Of a stretch of DNA of 54,641 bases, positions 11,393-20,756 are shown one piece after another. This DNA is from Pseudomonadota bacterium (lineage in GTDB: Bacteria > Pseudomonadota > Gammaproteobacteria > UBA9214), in the NCBI GenBank assembly GCA_029287615.1, contig JARFQV010000200.1:1-54641 (forward strand), given 5' to 3'. The stretch's first letter is position 1; each line of letters opens with the position of its first letter. A program made the position numbers and the translations under genes. The notes under the pieces were generated by a model that saw nothing but the letters and a program-made list of their open reading frames with translations, was not told the DNA's origin and made no database searches.

Positions 11393-14300
11393 GGGATTGT
11401 TTTCTCCAGCTCATCCGCGAGTTTTTCCAGGCCATCGAGATCGAATGATTCTGCCAGGCGCGCGATTTCCACCGAATGGCGGGAACCATCCGGCAGTGAC
11501 CCGGCTACCTCCTGCAGAGACATCACGTCCCCTATTGTCAGGGCATCACGAATCCTGGCCACGGTCTGCGCAGCCAGTTGCGGTGACAGGCTGACATCAC
11601 AAGCGGGAGAGGCTGCGACGGGGGAGACACTGGAACCCAGTAACTGGATGGAATCGAATGCCTGTTTCAGTGACTCATCCAGCTTTTCCAGCAATGCCCC
11701 GGGTTCCGGCACCGGCCTGTTATCACCGGCGGACTTGATCAGCTCGTCAATTTCAGTCGCTACGTCCTTTACCACCGTTATCGAAAGGTTACCAGCCACG
11801 CCCTTGAGGTTATGAACCAGGCCATGCACGGACTTGAAATCCCCGATCTTCCATGCAGCCACTATCGCGCTGGCGATGTCCGCAAACTGATCCTGAAAGC
11901 CCTGCAACAGGCTGATATAGAGGGTCTGATTGTTGCCGATCCGGTGCATGCCCTCTTCCAGATCGAGTCCGGGCAGTGCGGATGGCAGGACCCGCTCATC
12001 CACCTGATTGGCAACCCCCGCTACCGTCCCTGCCCGCTTGTCCGTTTCATCACTCGTCCGGGAAGCCCGCTTTCGGGTCCGTTTGATCCATTTCCCCAGG
12101 ATCGAAAACAGCTGATCGGGATCGACAGGCTTGCTGATGTAATCATTCATCCCTGCCTCCAGGCACTTTTCCCGGTCACCCTCCATGGCATGGGCAGTCA
12201 TCGCAATGACAGGCAGGTAATCAAACCGGCTATCCTCACGAATCCTTTGTGTTGCTACATAGCCATCCATCTTCGGCATCTGCATGTCCATCAGTATCAG
12301 ATCATAGCCCTTCCTTGCGGCCTCTACGGCATCCACCCCGTTATCGACGATGTCGATTTGTATTCCAGCCTGGGAGAGGATGCTTTCGGCCAGTTGCTGG
12401 TTTATGACATTATCTTCGGCCAGCAAAACCCTGGCACCGCTCAGATCACCGGTCTGGAACTGTTCTGCCGTGACCATCGGCTCTTCGCGCCGTTCTCCAT
12501 CCACACGCCTGCCAAACACCTCCATGAAGGTATTGAACAGAATCGATTGCTGAACCGGTTTGGTCAGAAAGGCATGGATGCCAATCTGGTGCCCGATTTC
12601 ACGCTCGTGCTCGCGACCAAAGGCCGTCACCATAACGATCGGCAAATCCGCAAGCGCGTGATCGGTACGAATCCTGCGGGCGGTTTCCAGACCATCCATT
12701 CCGGGCATTCTCCAGTCGATTACCAATAGCTGGAAAGGCTTTACCGTGCTCACGGCCCTTTGCAGGTATTCCAGGGCCTTTTCTCCGGAGGGCACTGCTT
12801 CAACTTCAAAACCGAATGCCCGCATCATCTCCACCAGCACCTCGCGGCTGCTGGCGTTATCATCGACAACCAGGGACTTGAGTCCGCGCAAATCCACACT
12901 CAAGCGGTATTCCGGTTCCGCCCTGTCGCTGGATCGCCTGAAAGGGAGTTCAAACCAGAACGTGGATCCAACGTCCGGTGTGCTTTCCACATGAATCTCC
13001 CCCCCCATGAGATGCACAAGCTGCCAGCTGATACTCAGGCCCAGACCTGTGCCTCCGTATTTCCGCGTTGTGGAGCCATCCGCCTGGGTAAAGGCAGAAA
13101 ACAGATCCTCTACCTTGTCCCTGGGAATACCGATGCCGGTGTCAGTCACATTGAAGCGAAGGCGGACGGATCCGTTCCTCTCCTCCATACAGCGGACGCC
13201 GATATCAATCTCGCCCTGTTCCGTAAACTTCACCGCATTGCCGGTAAGATTGACCAGTACCTGTCTGAGTCGCAAGGGATCTCCCACAAGCGCGCTCGGT
13301 ACTCCCTCATGTCTTGCGATAACCAGTTCAATCTCCTTGCGGGCCGCCTGTTCCGCAAAGAGATCGGCGATATCCTCCAGCACTTCCTGCAGCTGGAAGC
13401 CGGTTACATCGATATCCAGTTTTCCCGCCTCGATCTTGGAAAAATCGAGGATGTCGTTGATCAGGCCCAACAACGCCTTCGCGGAGGTATCGATCTTTCC
13501 CAGGTAGTCACGCTGTCTTGTTGTCAGATCGGTCTGCAGCGCCAGCGTGGTAAAGCCGATGATGCCGTTCATCGGTGTGCGGATCTCGTGTGACATATTG
13601 GCAAGAAACATGGACCGTGCCTGGGTGGCCTCCTCCGCATCCCTGCGGGCCTCAATCAGTGCCTCGCTCCGTTCCTTGATCTGGCCGGCCATGTGGTTGA
13701 AGGAATGGACCAGTTCCGTGAATTCCAGGCCGCCACCGACCACCTCCACGCGGCCTTCATAATCACCATCGGACAACTCATGCGCCCTGTTGACCAGTGC
13801 AACAATCGGGCGTTCGATACGCCGCGCAAATGCATAGGCGACCGCCGAGAGCAGGAGAAGCAGCAGGAACCACCAGACACCCTGCAGGAAAATGGTCCTT
13901 CGAACGCCGGCATAAACCTCGGCTTCATCGATCTCCGAGAGCAGTGCCCATCTGATATCACCGAAGTGGACCGGTTGCCAGACGGAAAATACCGGCTCCC
14001 CCCTGTAATCGACGATCATCCCCTTGCCAGTCTCGCCGTCCAGCGCCCTTCTCGAACCCTCGGTGTCTACCCGCCGTGTCAATATGGTGGATGATGATTC
14101 GAATCGTGAATCTGTGCGCATCAGTAAATCGGGTCCGGCAATATAGGTCTCGCCAGTGTTGCCCAGACCGGGACGCATGCTCATCAGCTGATTCAGGCCA
14201 TCGACGGAGATGCGCATGATCAGCACACCGGTTACCTGGTCATTCTCCAGTATGGCAGTCGCCATACAGGCCGTTGGCATATCCGTCCAGGCATCATCAC

Positions 14301-14919
14301 GTGCGAAGTCCTCGATCACGATCGCCCCCTCGATATCGGGCCAGTCCTTTTCCATTACCCTGCGGTAACACCGGCCGTCATTGCTGTCTGCATGGGGGCC
14401 ATTGACGAGACTGGTAAACAGATCCGGCTCCATTTGCAGACTGTACATGACCAGCCCGTCACCGGCACGCACTATCATCACATCCGCGTAATCCAGAATT
14501 TCCTGCATGGTCTGAAAGGTGCCATCCAGGTACTCATGCGTCTCGTCATAGCGCAGCAGGGCGGAAGACTGGTCGATCTGATTCCCGCTCCCTGCCCGCA
14601 GGCGCTCCTGGCTCTCCCCCTCCCGGATCCGGTCACCGAGAGACGTGATTGCATCCGAGAGTGCTTCCGTGCCCTGTATGACGGTCATGGAGGTGGCCAG
14701 TCCGCGCAGGCCGTTCTTGATCCTGTCGATCTCTACCGTGATCCACTGCGCCTTGAGCTGGGCGGCAATCGTCAGCCGGTCATAGGTCAGCTCACGCTGT
14801 GTCTGAAGCACGGCCGGCAGTGCAATTGCCGCGGAAATCCCGATACCGATGGCTATAATGCCGCCCATGATCAGCAGGATCTGGTGGCGAAACCGCAGCT
14901 GGTTGAAGTGAAAGGACAT
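11389..14919 (-). CDS. Hybrid sensor histidine kinase (periplasmic Cache-like sensor, HAMP, HisKA, HATPase, two REC domains, C-terminal Hpt)
   Basis: 1176 aa. H-box [15 protein letters not shown]. ATPase boxes TDTGIGI and [12 protein letters not shown]1 is LVVDDN...DWRMPGMDG and REC2 is LLAEDN...[11 protein letters not shown]. Hpt motif [10 protein letters not shown]. Two TM helices flank a ~300-aa sensor domain. Confidence 0.9.
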   Translation of the reverse strand: MSFHFNQLRFRHQILLIMGGIIAIGIGISAAIALPAVLQTQRELTYDRLTIAAQLKAQWITVEIDRIKNGLRGLATSMTVIQGTEALSDAITSLGDRIREGESQERLRAGSGNQIDQSSALLRYDETHEYLDGTFQTMQEILDYADVMIVRAGDGLVMYSLQMEPDLFTSLVNGPHADSNDGRCYRRVMEKDWPDIEGAIVIEDFARDDAWTDMPTACMATAILENDQVTGVLIMRISVDGLNQLMSMRPGLGNTGETYIAGPDLLMRTDSRFESSSTILTRRVDTEGSRRALDGETGKGMIVDYRGEPVFSVWQPVHFGDIRWALLSEIDEAEVYAGVRRTIFLQGVWWFLLLLLLSAVAYAFARRIERPIVALVNRAHELSDGDYEGRVEVVGGGLEFTELVHSFNHMAGQIKERSEALIEARRDAEEATQARSMFLANMSHEIRTPMNGIIGFTTLALQTDLTTRQRDYLGKIDTSAKALLGLINDILDFSKIEAGKLDIDVTGFQLQEVLEDIADLFAEQAARKEIELVIARHEGVPSALVGDPLRLRQVLVNLTGNAVKFTEQGEIDIGVRCMEERNGSVRLRFNVTDTGIGIPRDKVEDLFSAFTQADGSTTRKYGGTGLGLSISWQLVHLMGGEIHVESTPDVGSTFWFELPFRRSSDRAEPEYRLSVDLRGLKSLVVDDNASSREVLVEMMRAFGFEVEAVPSGEKALEYLQRAVSTVKPFQLLVIDWRMPGMDGLETARRIRTDHALADLPIVMVTAFGREHEREIGHQIGIHAFLTKPVQQSILFNTFMEVFGRRVDGERREEPMVTAEQFQTGDLSGARVLLAEDNVINQQLAESILSQAGIQIDIVDNGVDAVEAARKGYDLILMDMQMPKMDGYVATQRIREDSRFDYLPVIAMTAHAMEGDREKCLEAGMNDYISKPVDPDQLFSILGKWIKRTRKRASRTSDETDKRAGTVAGVANQVDERVLPSALPGLDLEEGMHRIGNNQTLYISLLQGFQDQFADIASAIVAAWKIGDFKSVHGLVHNLKGVAGNLSITVVKDVATEIDELIKSAGDNRPVPEPGALLEKLDESLKQAFDSIQLLGSSVSPVAASPACDVSLSPQLAAQTVARIRDALTIGDVMSLQEVAGSLPDGSRHSVEIARLAESFDLDGLEKLADELEKTIP

Positions 14920-14975
14920 AACCGGCTTGTTATGGCCGGGAGACAGGCTGGTTCAGTGTCATCGGGTACCTACAG

Positions 14976-15235
14976 CTAGCCCGGATTTCTCACCGCGGGG
15001 CGAGGTGATCGCGCAGGGATTTGGATTCACAAGCCATTTTCCGAAGAAGCGGAATACGCACTGTATTTCCGACGATGTACAGGGAAGTACGAGTGCCGCT
15101 AGTGGCAGGAGAAGGTGAGACCGGGAACCGGTCGAGACACTGGCCTGGGCCATGCCGTAAGCGGCCGGAGGAAAATGGCTTGTGGATTCAAAGAGCAAGC
15201 GAGGACTCGTCATCATGGCGAGAAATCCGGGCTAG
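14976..15235. repeat. 260-bp non-coding element bounded by nested inverted repeats (MITE-like, or a long structured RNA)
   Basis: The outer arms are a perfect 16-bp inverted repeat: CTAGCCCGGATTTCTC (14976-14991) and GAGAAATCCGGGCTAG (15220-15235). The inner arms are TTGGATTCACAAGCCATTTTCC (15021-15042) and GGAAAATGGCTTGTGGATTCAA (15170-15191). They are complementary at 20 of 22 positions, 15 of them contiguous. Outer-to-inner spacing is symmetric (29 and 28 nt). Both ends are CTAG. Only junk ORFs lie inside. Confidence 0.5.
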
Positions 15236-15864
15236 ATACCCGCAAGGCGCTGTACACGCTTCATCATTCGTGTCGAAAAGCGATCGAGTTGCTGAACGGC
15301 CCGGGCGATCTTGCTGGAACGCAACCAGTTGACCTGGATCATGCGCCGCTCTCCCTCGAATCTTCTGTGTCCGTGATAGGAATGGCCGGTACGCCGAAAT
15401 GCAAGCAGCGTCCCGTATTCAGGCTTCACTTCGACGGCATAATCCTCGATATCGCTCTTCGAGCGCATCAGGCGCAAACAGGCTTCTTCATGCGTCCATT
15501 CCCGGTTCGGGTAGACCAGAACGGTGATTACCTTGCTCCAGTGATCGGTATGGATGTTACCATCGCTGGGTTCACAGTAATTGCGCACCGTAACCGTCTT
15601 TGGACAGGCACGCAGATCGATTCCGAATTTCCTGCCGATATGTTCGGCGAACTCCGCACTGTCCAGTTCGTCCAAGAGGGTCTGGAAGGCCTGTCCGTAT
15701 TCCAGACCGTCCAGATCCAGATTGCCCGGCACCCGAATGGAGGGATAATCACTGATGACGGCATCCAGCGCCTCGGGTTTGAGAAACCAGGGAACGACTA
15801 TATAGTCGAACGGCTCGCGATGCAGCGTCGCGGCATCCAGCGCTGCAAAATCAAGGAAAGACAT
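15232..15864 (-). CDS. Small 2OG-Fe(II) oxygenase superfamily protein
   Basis: 210 aa with an ATG start and GGGAG Shine-Dalgarno. It has an HxD...H facial-triad pattern (NIHTDHW ... GHSYHGHRRF) and the length typical of PF13640-type hydroxylases. The substrate cannot be inferred. Confidence 0.55.
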   Translation of the reverse strand: MSFLDFAALDAATLHREPFDYIVVPWFLKPEALDAVISDYPSIRVPGNLDLDGLEYGQAFQTLLDELDSAEFAEHIGRKFGIDLRACPKTVTVRNYCEPSDGNIHTDHWSKVITVLVYPNREWTHEEACLRLMRSKSDIEDYAVEVKPEYGTLLAFRRTGHSYHGHRRFEGERRMIQVNWLRSSKIARAVQQLDRFSTRMMKRVQRLAGI

Positions 15865-16134
15865 TTCCGGCTCCCGAATTGGTGGTGTTGAAACATATCG
15901 ATATTCAACATCAACAGTAAAAGAATCCTAGCAAATTCAGTCGGGTGAAGCGAGCACCGAAACAGGGCGCCTGGAATGGACGGACGCGCGGGTAGCATGC
16001 CTTCCCCCTGCGGTCTCCCAGCCACCTGGCACATCGGGCATCCGGAATGCGCTGGGACGGGGGTATCATCACACAAGCACCGAATGGGGTATTATGTATA
16101 AGGATTTCATACTGAACCCGGCGGGTGGCTGGCC

Positions 16135-17067
16135 ATGCGGTCTCTTTTCAACAATCTGATACTCTACACGGTGATGTTGCTGGTGTTTTTCCTCCCGGAA
16201 AGGAAAAGGATCGCCATCGAGCGCTGGCTGAGAGGCTATGAAGAAGACCGCAAGCTGAAGAAGGCCGACTGGGTGCTTGCCTCCTGGGGCAAGAGCGGAC
16301 GGACCTGGCTGCGTGTGATGCTCTCACGCGCCTACCAGCTCAAGTTTGGTATCGCCAGTCATCACCTGCTTGATTTCGACAATCTGAAGGAGATGAATCC
16401 GGGCATCCCCAGCGTTTTCTTCACGCATGGAAACTACCTGAAGGACTACACCGGGCACCGGGACACCAAGGTCGATTTTTACGGAAAGAAAATCGTGCTG
16501 CTGATTCGTGACCCGAGAGACGTTGCCGTTTCACAATTCTTTCAGTGGAAATTCCGTATGAAACCGGGCAAGAAAAAACTCAATAACTACCCTGCTCATG
16601 AGGAAGACATCTCCCTGTTCGATTTCGTCATGAATCCGGATGTAGGCGCACCCCATATTGTGGAATATTTCAATGGCTGGGCCCGGGATATGGACAATCT
16701 CGAGGACCTTATCCTGGTGCGTTACGAGGATATGCGTGCCGAGCCCGAAAAGGTGCTGGCGGAAATCCTTGCCTTCACGGGCACTCCCTGCACGGAGGAG
16801 GAAGTCCGGGAGGCCGTCGAGTTCGCCGCCTATGACAATATGAAAAAGCTGGAGACAAAAAAGGCATTCTGGTTCAGCGGCAAGCGTGTCGTACCGGGCG
16901 ATCGAAACAACCCGGACTCCTACAAGGTACGGCGTGCAAAGGTGGGCGGATACCGTGATTACTTTGATGACCGGGAAGTCGCCGAGATCGACGCGGTCAT
17001 GGACAGGCTGTCCCCCCTGTTCGGCTACGCAAAACAGGGAGCACAGGACACGGCCGCAAATGGCTAG
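16135..17067 (+). CDS. PAPS-dependent sulfotransferase (Sulfotransfer_1-like), paralog A
   Basis: 310 aa. The 5'-PSB loop is WGKSGRTWLRVMLSRAY and the 3'-PB motif is LLIRDPRDVAVSQFF. The hydrophobic N-terminus LILYTVMLLVFFL may be a membrane anchor. An alternative start exists at M14 (16174). It is a close paralog of 23336-24217. Confidence 0.85.
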   Translation: MRSLFNNLILYTVMLLVFFLPERKRIAIERWLRGYEEDRKLKKADWVLASWGKSGRTWLRVMLSRAYQLKFGIASHHLLDFDNLKEMNPGIPSVFFTHGNYLKDYTGHRDTKVDFYGKKIVLLIRDPRDVAVSQFFQWKFRMKPGKKKLNNYPAHEEDISLFDFVMNPDVGAPHIVEYFNGWARDMDNLEDLILVRYEDMRAEPEKVLAEILAFTGTPCTEEEVREAVEFAAYDNMKKLETKKAFWFSGKRVVPGDRNNPDSYKVRRAKVGGYRDYFDDREVAEIDAVMDRLSPLFGYAKQGAQDTAANG

Positions 17068-18170
17068 CCCTGGATCAATCCCGTTATTCGCCTGACCACA
17101 ATCGACAGATCATCGGGCACATCACCTGACGGCGGCCTGAGCGCATCACCGGCATAGCTTGCCAGACCCTCATTGACCAGCCTGTCGTGAAAGGCCGTGA
17201 AATCCCGTGTGTGGGTGATGATTCGCAGGCGATACAACAGCCTCGCCAACCCGCTACGCGGGGAATAACCGGCCGGATCCGGGGGGCGGAACAACCAGCT
17301 GGCGGCAGAACGTCGCCACTGGTCCACTGCCCCCAGCCGTCCCACCGAGAGTGGAAAGATGGCCAGGGGCTTGCGCAGACGGGCCACCTCCACCATCATG
17401 GAAATACTGTCACCGGTAACCACAAACCCGTCAGCCAGCCCCAACAATCCCAGGTATGGATTCTGCCCGGAATCGGCGGACCACTCGAACAACCGGGCGG
17501 CGGACGGCAGTCTTCCCCGAATTGTCTCCACTACAGCGGGGGGCGTTCGCCTGCTGGTGGTGATGTAGGGCGTACCGCCAGACTCGGACACAACCCTGTC
17601 GATCTCTCCAAGCAGCCGGTCTACGGCATGCCCGTCGAACACGTAGGGCCCGGTCGGTCCGCCCACCAGAAAGGCGATCAGTGGCCGGGGCAAATCCGCC
17701 AGCCGGGTTTCCCAGAATCCGGCTGCCGTGGCAACCGCCTCCTCGTCAACCCGTAGAAGTGGTAGTGAAATCGCCTGTACATTCTTCAGGGGTGGCAACT
17801 GGATCTCCGCACTGTGGATCACCAGATCGAAGGGATAAGGCATCCCGGAGGGCTTTCCGACCAATACGATCCGGGTGTGTCCGCCCGACTGTTCCCGTAC
17901 CCACAAGGCAACATTGGCGGTACGACGGCCAATGGTGAGGATCAGATCAGGCCATGGCGGGCTCAGCTCATCTGATTTCGTAAGATCGACATGGTAGAGG
18001 GTTGCCCCGACCCTGGGCTTGCCAAAGACGAATGGTTCACGCATCGCGACATGCTTGCGAACACAGTTCCAGGGCAGCGCCTTCTCGATAATCTCTACCT
18101 GTGCGTTGTCACCCTTCTTGTCGCTGAGCACGACCCAGACCAGGGGTGATGAAGGCTGGGTTGTGTTCAC
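17064..18170 (-). CDS. ELM1/DUF1022-family protein (putative glycosyltransferase)
   Basis: 368 aa with a GTG start 5 nt after the upstream stop. Family hallmarks are present: VWVVLSDKKGDNAQ, PDLILTIGRRTA, LVGGPTGPY, TTSRRTP and NPYLGLLGLADGFVVTGDSISMMVEV. Confidence 0.7.
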   Translation of the reverse strand: MNTTQPSSPLVWVVLSDKKGDNAQVEIIEKALPWNCVRKHVAMREPFVFGKPRVGATLYHVDLTKSDELSPPWPDLILTIGRRTANVALWVREQSGGHTRIVLVGKPSGMPYPFDLVIHSAEIQLPPLKNVQAISLPLLRVDEEAVATAAGFWETRLADLPRPLIAFLVGGPTGPYVFDGHAVDRLLGEIDRVVSESGGTPYITTSRRTPPAVVETIRGRLPSAARLFEWSADSGQNPYLGLLGLADGFVVTGDSISMMVEVARLRKPLAIFPLSVGRLGAVDQWRRSAASWLFRPPDPAGYSPRSGLARLLYRLRIITHTRDFTAFHDRLVNEGLASYAGDALRPPSGDVPDDLSIVVRRITGLIQG

Positions 18171-18175
18171 GCTAT

Positions 18176-19135
18176 TCAGACAGCAAGAGTGTCCTGCGGT
18201 TTCTGATCCGTCGGGACATAGCCGAAGGTTGGCGACAACCGCTCGACAAGCAGAGCCTCGATCTCGGCTACCTGTTCAGGTGTGAAGTAATCCCGGTATC
18301 CCCCGACCTTGCCCCGCCGTACCTTGAAGGTATTGGGATCATCCGGATTGCGCAGGTTCATTCCACCCCGTCTGAAAAATCCCTTGCTCTCGAGCTTGCG
18401 CAGATTATCGAATGAACCGAAGTCGACTGCCTCCTGTATCTCCTCGTCTGTGAAGGATTCCCCCATCACTTCGGTCACGATTTTCAGGGTCCGGTTGGTC
18501 TCACTGCGCAGGTCCTCATAACGAATGATTCTGGAATGCTCCAGCTGCTTCAGGTTTTTTTCCCAGGTATTCAGATAATCAATCAGAAAAGGCAAGCCTA
18601 TATCGCTGTGCCGGACGAACTCCCACATCGAGATCGCATGACGGTCGATCGGGTGTTCAATGAAATGATTGATCAATTCCTGCTTGTGCGCGGACTGGCG
18701 CTTCGTGAACTGAAAGAACCAGGAGACCGAAATGTCGAGGGGATTACGGGCCAGCAGGATGATCGGCTTGTTGCGCAGCGGGTTATCGGGTGCACCGGCA
18801 GCCAGAACCTTGCCGACACTGCCCTCGTAGCTGTAATAGGCATTCGTGGCAGCCAGGCGGGGAATCGCCGGATTCTTGAGTGCGAGTTCATCCGAACCGA
18901 TCAGTGAAGAGGCATCCAGACCATGACGCACCTGGTAGAGCCTGGCGATCATGACCTTGAGCCAGGTATTGCCACTTTTGGGATGACCGATGATCAGCAT
19001 CCGTGCGCGACCCGCGATCGCGAGTTCCAGCTTGGATAACATACTCTTGCGCGCGGCCACCCGCCATGGCCGGGGCAAGGCAGCGGTCGGCGCCAGGATC
19101 GAGAATTTTTTTACGCCGTCAGGTACGCTGAACAT
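18176..19135 (-). CDS. PAPS-dependent sulfotransferase (Sulfotransfer_1-like), paralog B
   Basis: 319 aa. The 5'-PSB loop is GHPKSGNTWLKVMIARLY and the 3'-PB motif is LLARNPLDISVSWFF. The C-terminal block KVRRGKVGGYRDYF is shared with paralogs A and C. Confidence 0.85.
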   Translation of the reverse strand: MFSVPDGVKKFSILAPTAALPRPWRVAARKSMLSKLELAIAGRARMLIIGHPKSGNTWLKVMIARLYQVRHGLDASSLIGSDELALKNPAIPRLAATNAYYSYEGSVGKVLAAGAPDNPLRNKPIILLARNPLDISVSWFFQFTKRQSAHKQELINHFIEHPIDRHAISMWEFVRHSDIGLPFLIDYLNTWEKNLKQLEHSRIIRYEDLRSETNRTLKIVTEVMGESFTDEEIQEAVDFGSFDNLRKLESKGFFRRGGMNLRNPDDPNTFKVRRGKVGGYRDYFTPEQVAEIEALLVERLSPTFGYVPTDQKPQDTLAV

Positions 19136-19265
19136 GAGGGTCGGGATGTATGGTGTTACGCATTACTGCCGCCAGAGAAGCCAAAATTCTGCCTGAATCA
19201 TCACACAAGTGCAATTCATTATTTTACTACTATACTTTAAATAGTATTTATATCTTACTGTTTTT

Positions 19266-19293
19266 ATTATACCTAATAATGACCGATTGACAA
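19266..19293 (-). promoter_or_regulatory. Candidate sigma70 promoter for the sulfotransferase B / ELM1 unit, inside an AT-rich island
   Basis: Read on the minus strand it is TTGTCA (19293-19288), 16 nt, TATAAT (19271-19266). This lies about 130 nt upstream of ATG 19135. The 13-nt palindrome CGATTGACAATCG (19284-19296) overlaps the -35 element. Confidence 0.4.
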
Positions 19294-19358
19294 TCGATCC
19301 AGCAACCACAACCGTTCCGATTCCTTCTGGATCCCTCTTTACCCGGGAACCCGTGTAT

Positions 19359-20414
19359 TCAGCTCCCCGGATTCAGCCAGTGAGCGAGGTCCCTGCCCAG
19401 CAGTCCGGACAGCTTGTGAACATCGTCTGCGAAATATTCTCTCAGTATCCCGAGCATCTCATCAGACAATTCCGCACGTTGCGCGGGTGGTCTGGTGTTG
19501 AATTTCTTGACTCTTTTACGGATTTTCTTCAGCTGTTCAAGCAGCCTGGTATTACTGAAATCGATATTCCGCATGAGCCAGGATGGGGGGTTCATGACGA
19601 ACTGCTGCAGCCAGGCATACCGGTAATCCCGGGTCTCGCGCCGCTGTCTGAATGTTTCCTGTCCATCATCATCCAGACCGATGAAACCGAGAATGCGGGT
19701 GTAGGCCGCCCTCGGATCCCGAATCAGATCGTCGAATACGATCACCAGGCAACGCTCACGCCCGACAATCCCGAACAGATGCTCCAGTCGCTTACCCAAC
19801 TGACCGATCTCTCCGTATTGCAGCATCAGCGGTTCCCGACACCGCTTCGGAATATCCAGCCCTGCAGCCCGGCGGCCCTGAAGCGACCAGGCACGCGCGA
19901 AGTCCCGCTCATTTTCATCGAGTTGGTACAGCAGGCGGTTATGGTAGGAAACCAGTAAATCAACCGGGTTCCTGACCGATACGATGAATCGCGCCCGGGG
20001 ATCAAACCGCAGGATCTGCCGGATCGCTTCCGGGAAGTAGAGGTAGGATATTGAACCGTCACCGATTGCCTCATGCTCAACGGAGAGTCCCCTGTGGTAA
20101 AGCCCCAGGTACCTGCTGCGTACCTGTTCATCGCTCAATGCCCCCGGCAGTTCCAGGAAATAATGTGGTTCCTTGGGTTTGGAAAAGCTGATCCCGGGAT
20201 GGCGGGCGAGCATCTTGCACAGTGCCGTGGTACCACAACGAGGTGCACCGATAACGAAAAACCCCGGTGGAAAGTCGATCTTGCCTGCCGAACCGGCCGC
20301 AAAAGAGCGATCTTCCTGCCCGAACCCGATCACATTGCCCATGTGCCGGGGTATGGCGTCCCTGGCCCCTGACTTTCCAGCCTTCCCAGTAACATGCATC
20401 ATCTGCTTGTTCAC
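19359..20414 (-). CDS. Sulfotransferase of a different subfamily (Sulfotransfer_3-like / heparan N-sulfotransferase-like fold)
   Basis: 351 aa from GTG 20414. The start is uncertain, with in-frame ATGs at residues 5, 6 and 25. The PSB loop is FFVIGAPRCGTTALCKML and the 3'-PB motif is VRNPVDLLVSYHNR. Confidence 0.8.
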   Translation of the reverse strand: MNKQMMHVTGKAGKSGARDAIPRHMGNVIGFGQEDRSFAAGSAGKIDFPPGFFVIGAPRCGTTALCKMLARHPGISFSKPKEPHYFLELPGALSDEQVRSRYLGLYHRGLSVEHEAIGDGSISYLYFPEAIRQILRFDPRARFIVSVRNPVDLLVSYHNRLLYQLDENERDFARAWSLQGRRAAGLDIPKRCREPLMLQYGEIGQLGKRLEHLFGIVGRERCLVIVFDDLIRDPRAAYTRILGFIGLDDDGQETFRQRRETRDYRYAWLQQFVMNPPSWLMRNIDFSNTRLLEQLKKIRKRVKKFNTRPPAQRAELSDEMLGILREYFADDVHKLSGLLGRDLAHWLNPGS

Positions 20415-20476
20415 AACGTAATCCAGCTAATTTCCGGGGTAATCCCTCTACCTTGCGCAGTAAGGTTCATCCGGTG

Positions 20477-20501
20477 CTAGCCCGCTTTTCTCACCACGAT
20501 G
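20477..20501. repeat. Solo copy of the terminal repeat of the 14976-15235 element
   Basis: CTAGCCCGCTTTTCTCACCACGATG matches the reverse complement of the right arm of the element (CTAGCCCGGATTTCTCGCCATGATG) at 21/25 positions. It matches the left arm at 20/25. No inverted partner is seen nearby. Confidence 0.35.
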
Positions 20502-20756
20502 CGGATCTCCATCGAAGGCGGGCATTTTTTCGCAGGACAAGGCGCACTGAGTATCGTGATACCTGTTATACGTAAGCGTACCTGCAATGCGGTCATGGGG
20601 GAAAATGGCCCCGTCCCGACGGCTTGCCTCTCAAATGAGACCATACGGCGTTGCGCATCGCTCATCTGGAATCAACAAACCACGCTCTGCGCGCCTGGTC
20701 TGGTCTCATTGGAGGGGCAACGCTGGGCATCTGCATCGTGTTAACAGGCCCTGACT

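Noticed and set aside
14927-15891. ORFs 14927-15118, 14959-15216(-), 15021-15332 and 15115-15891 in and around the inverted-repeat element.
   Set aside because: These frames cross the repeat arms or run antisense to the 2OG-oxygenase gene. They have no Shine-Dalgarno and no motif, and the region is better explained as a non-coding repeat element.
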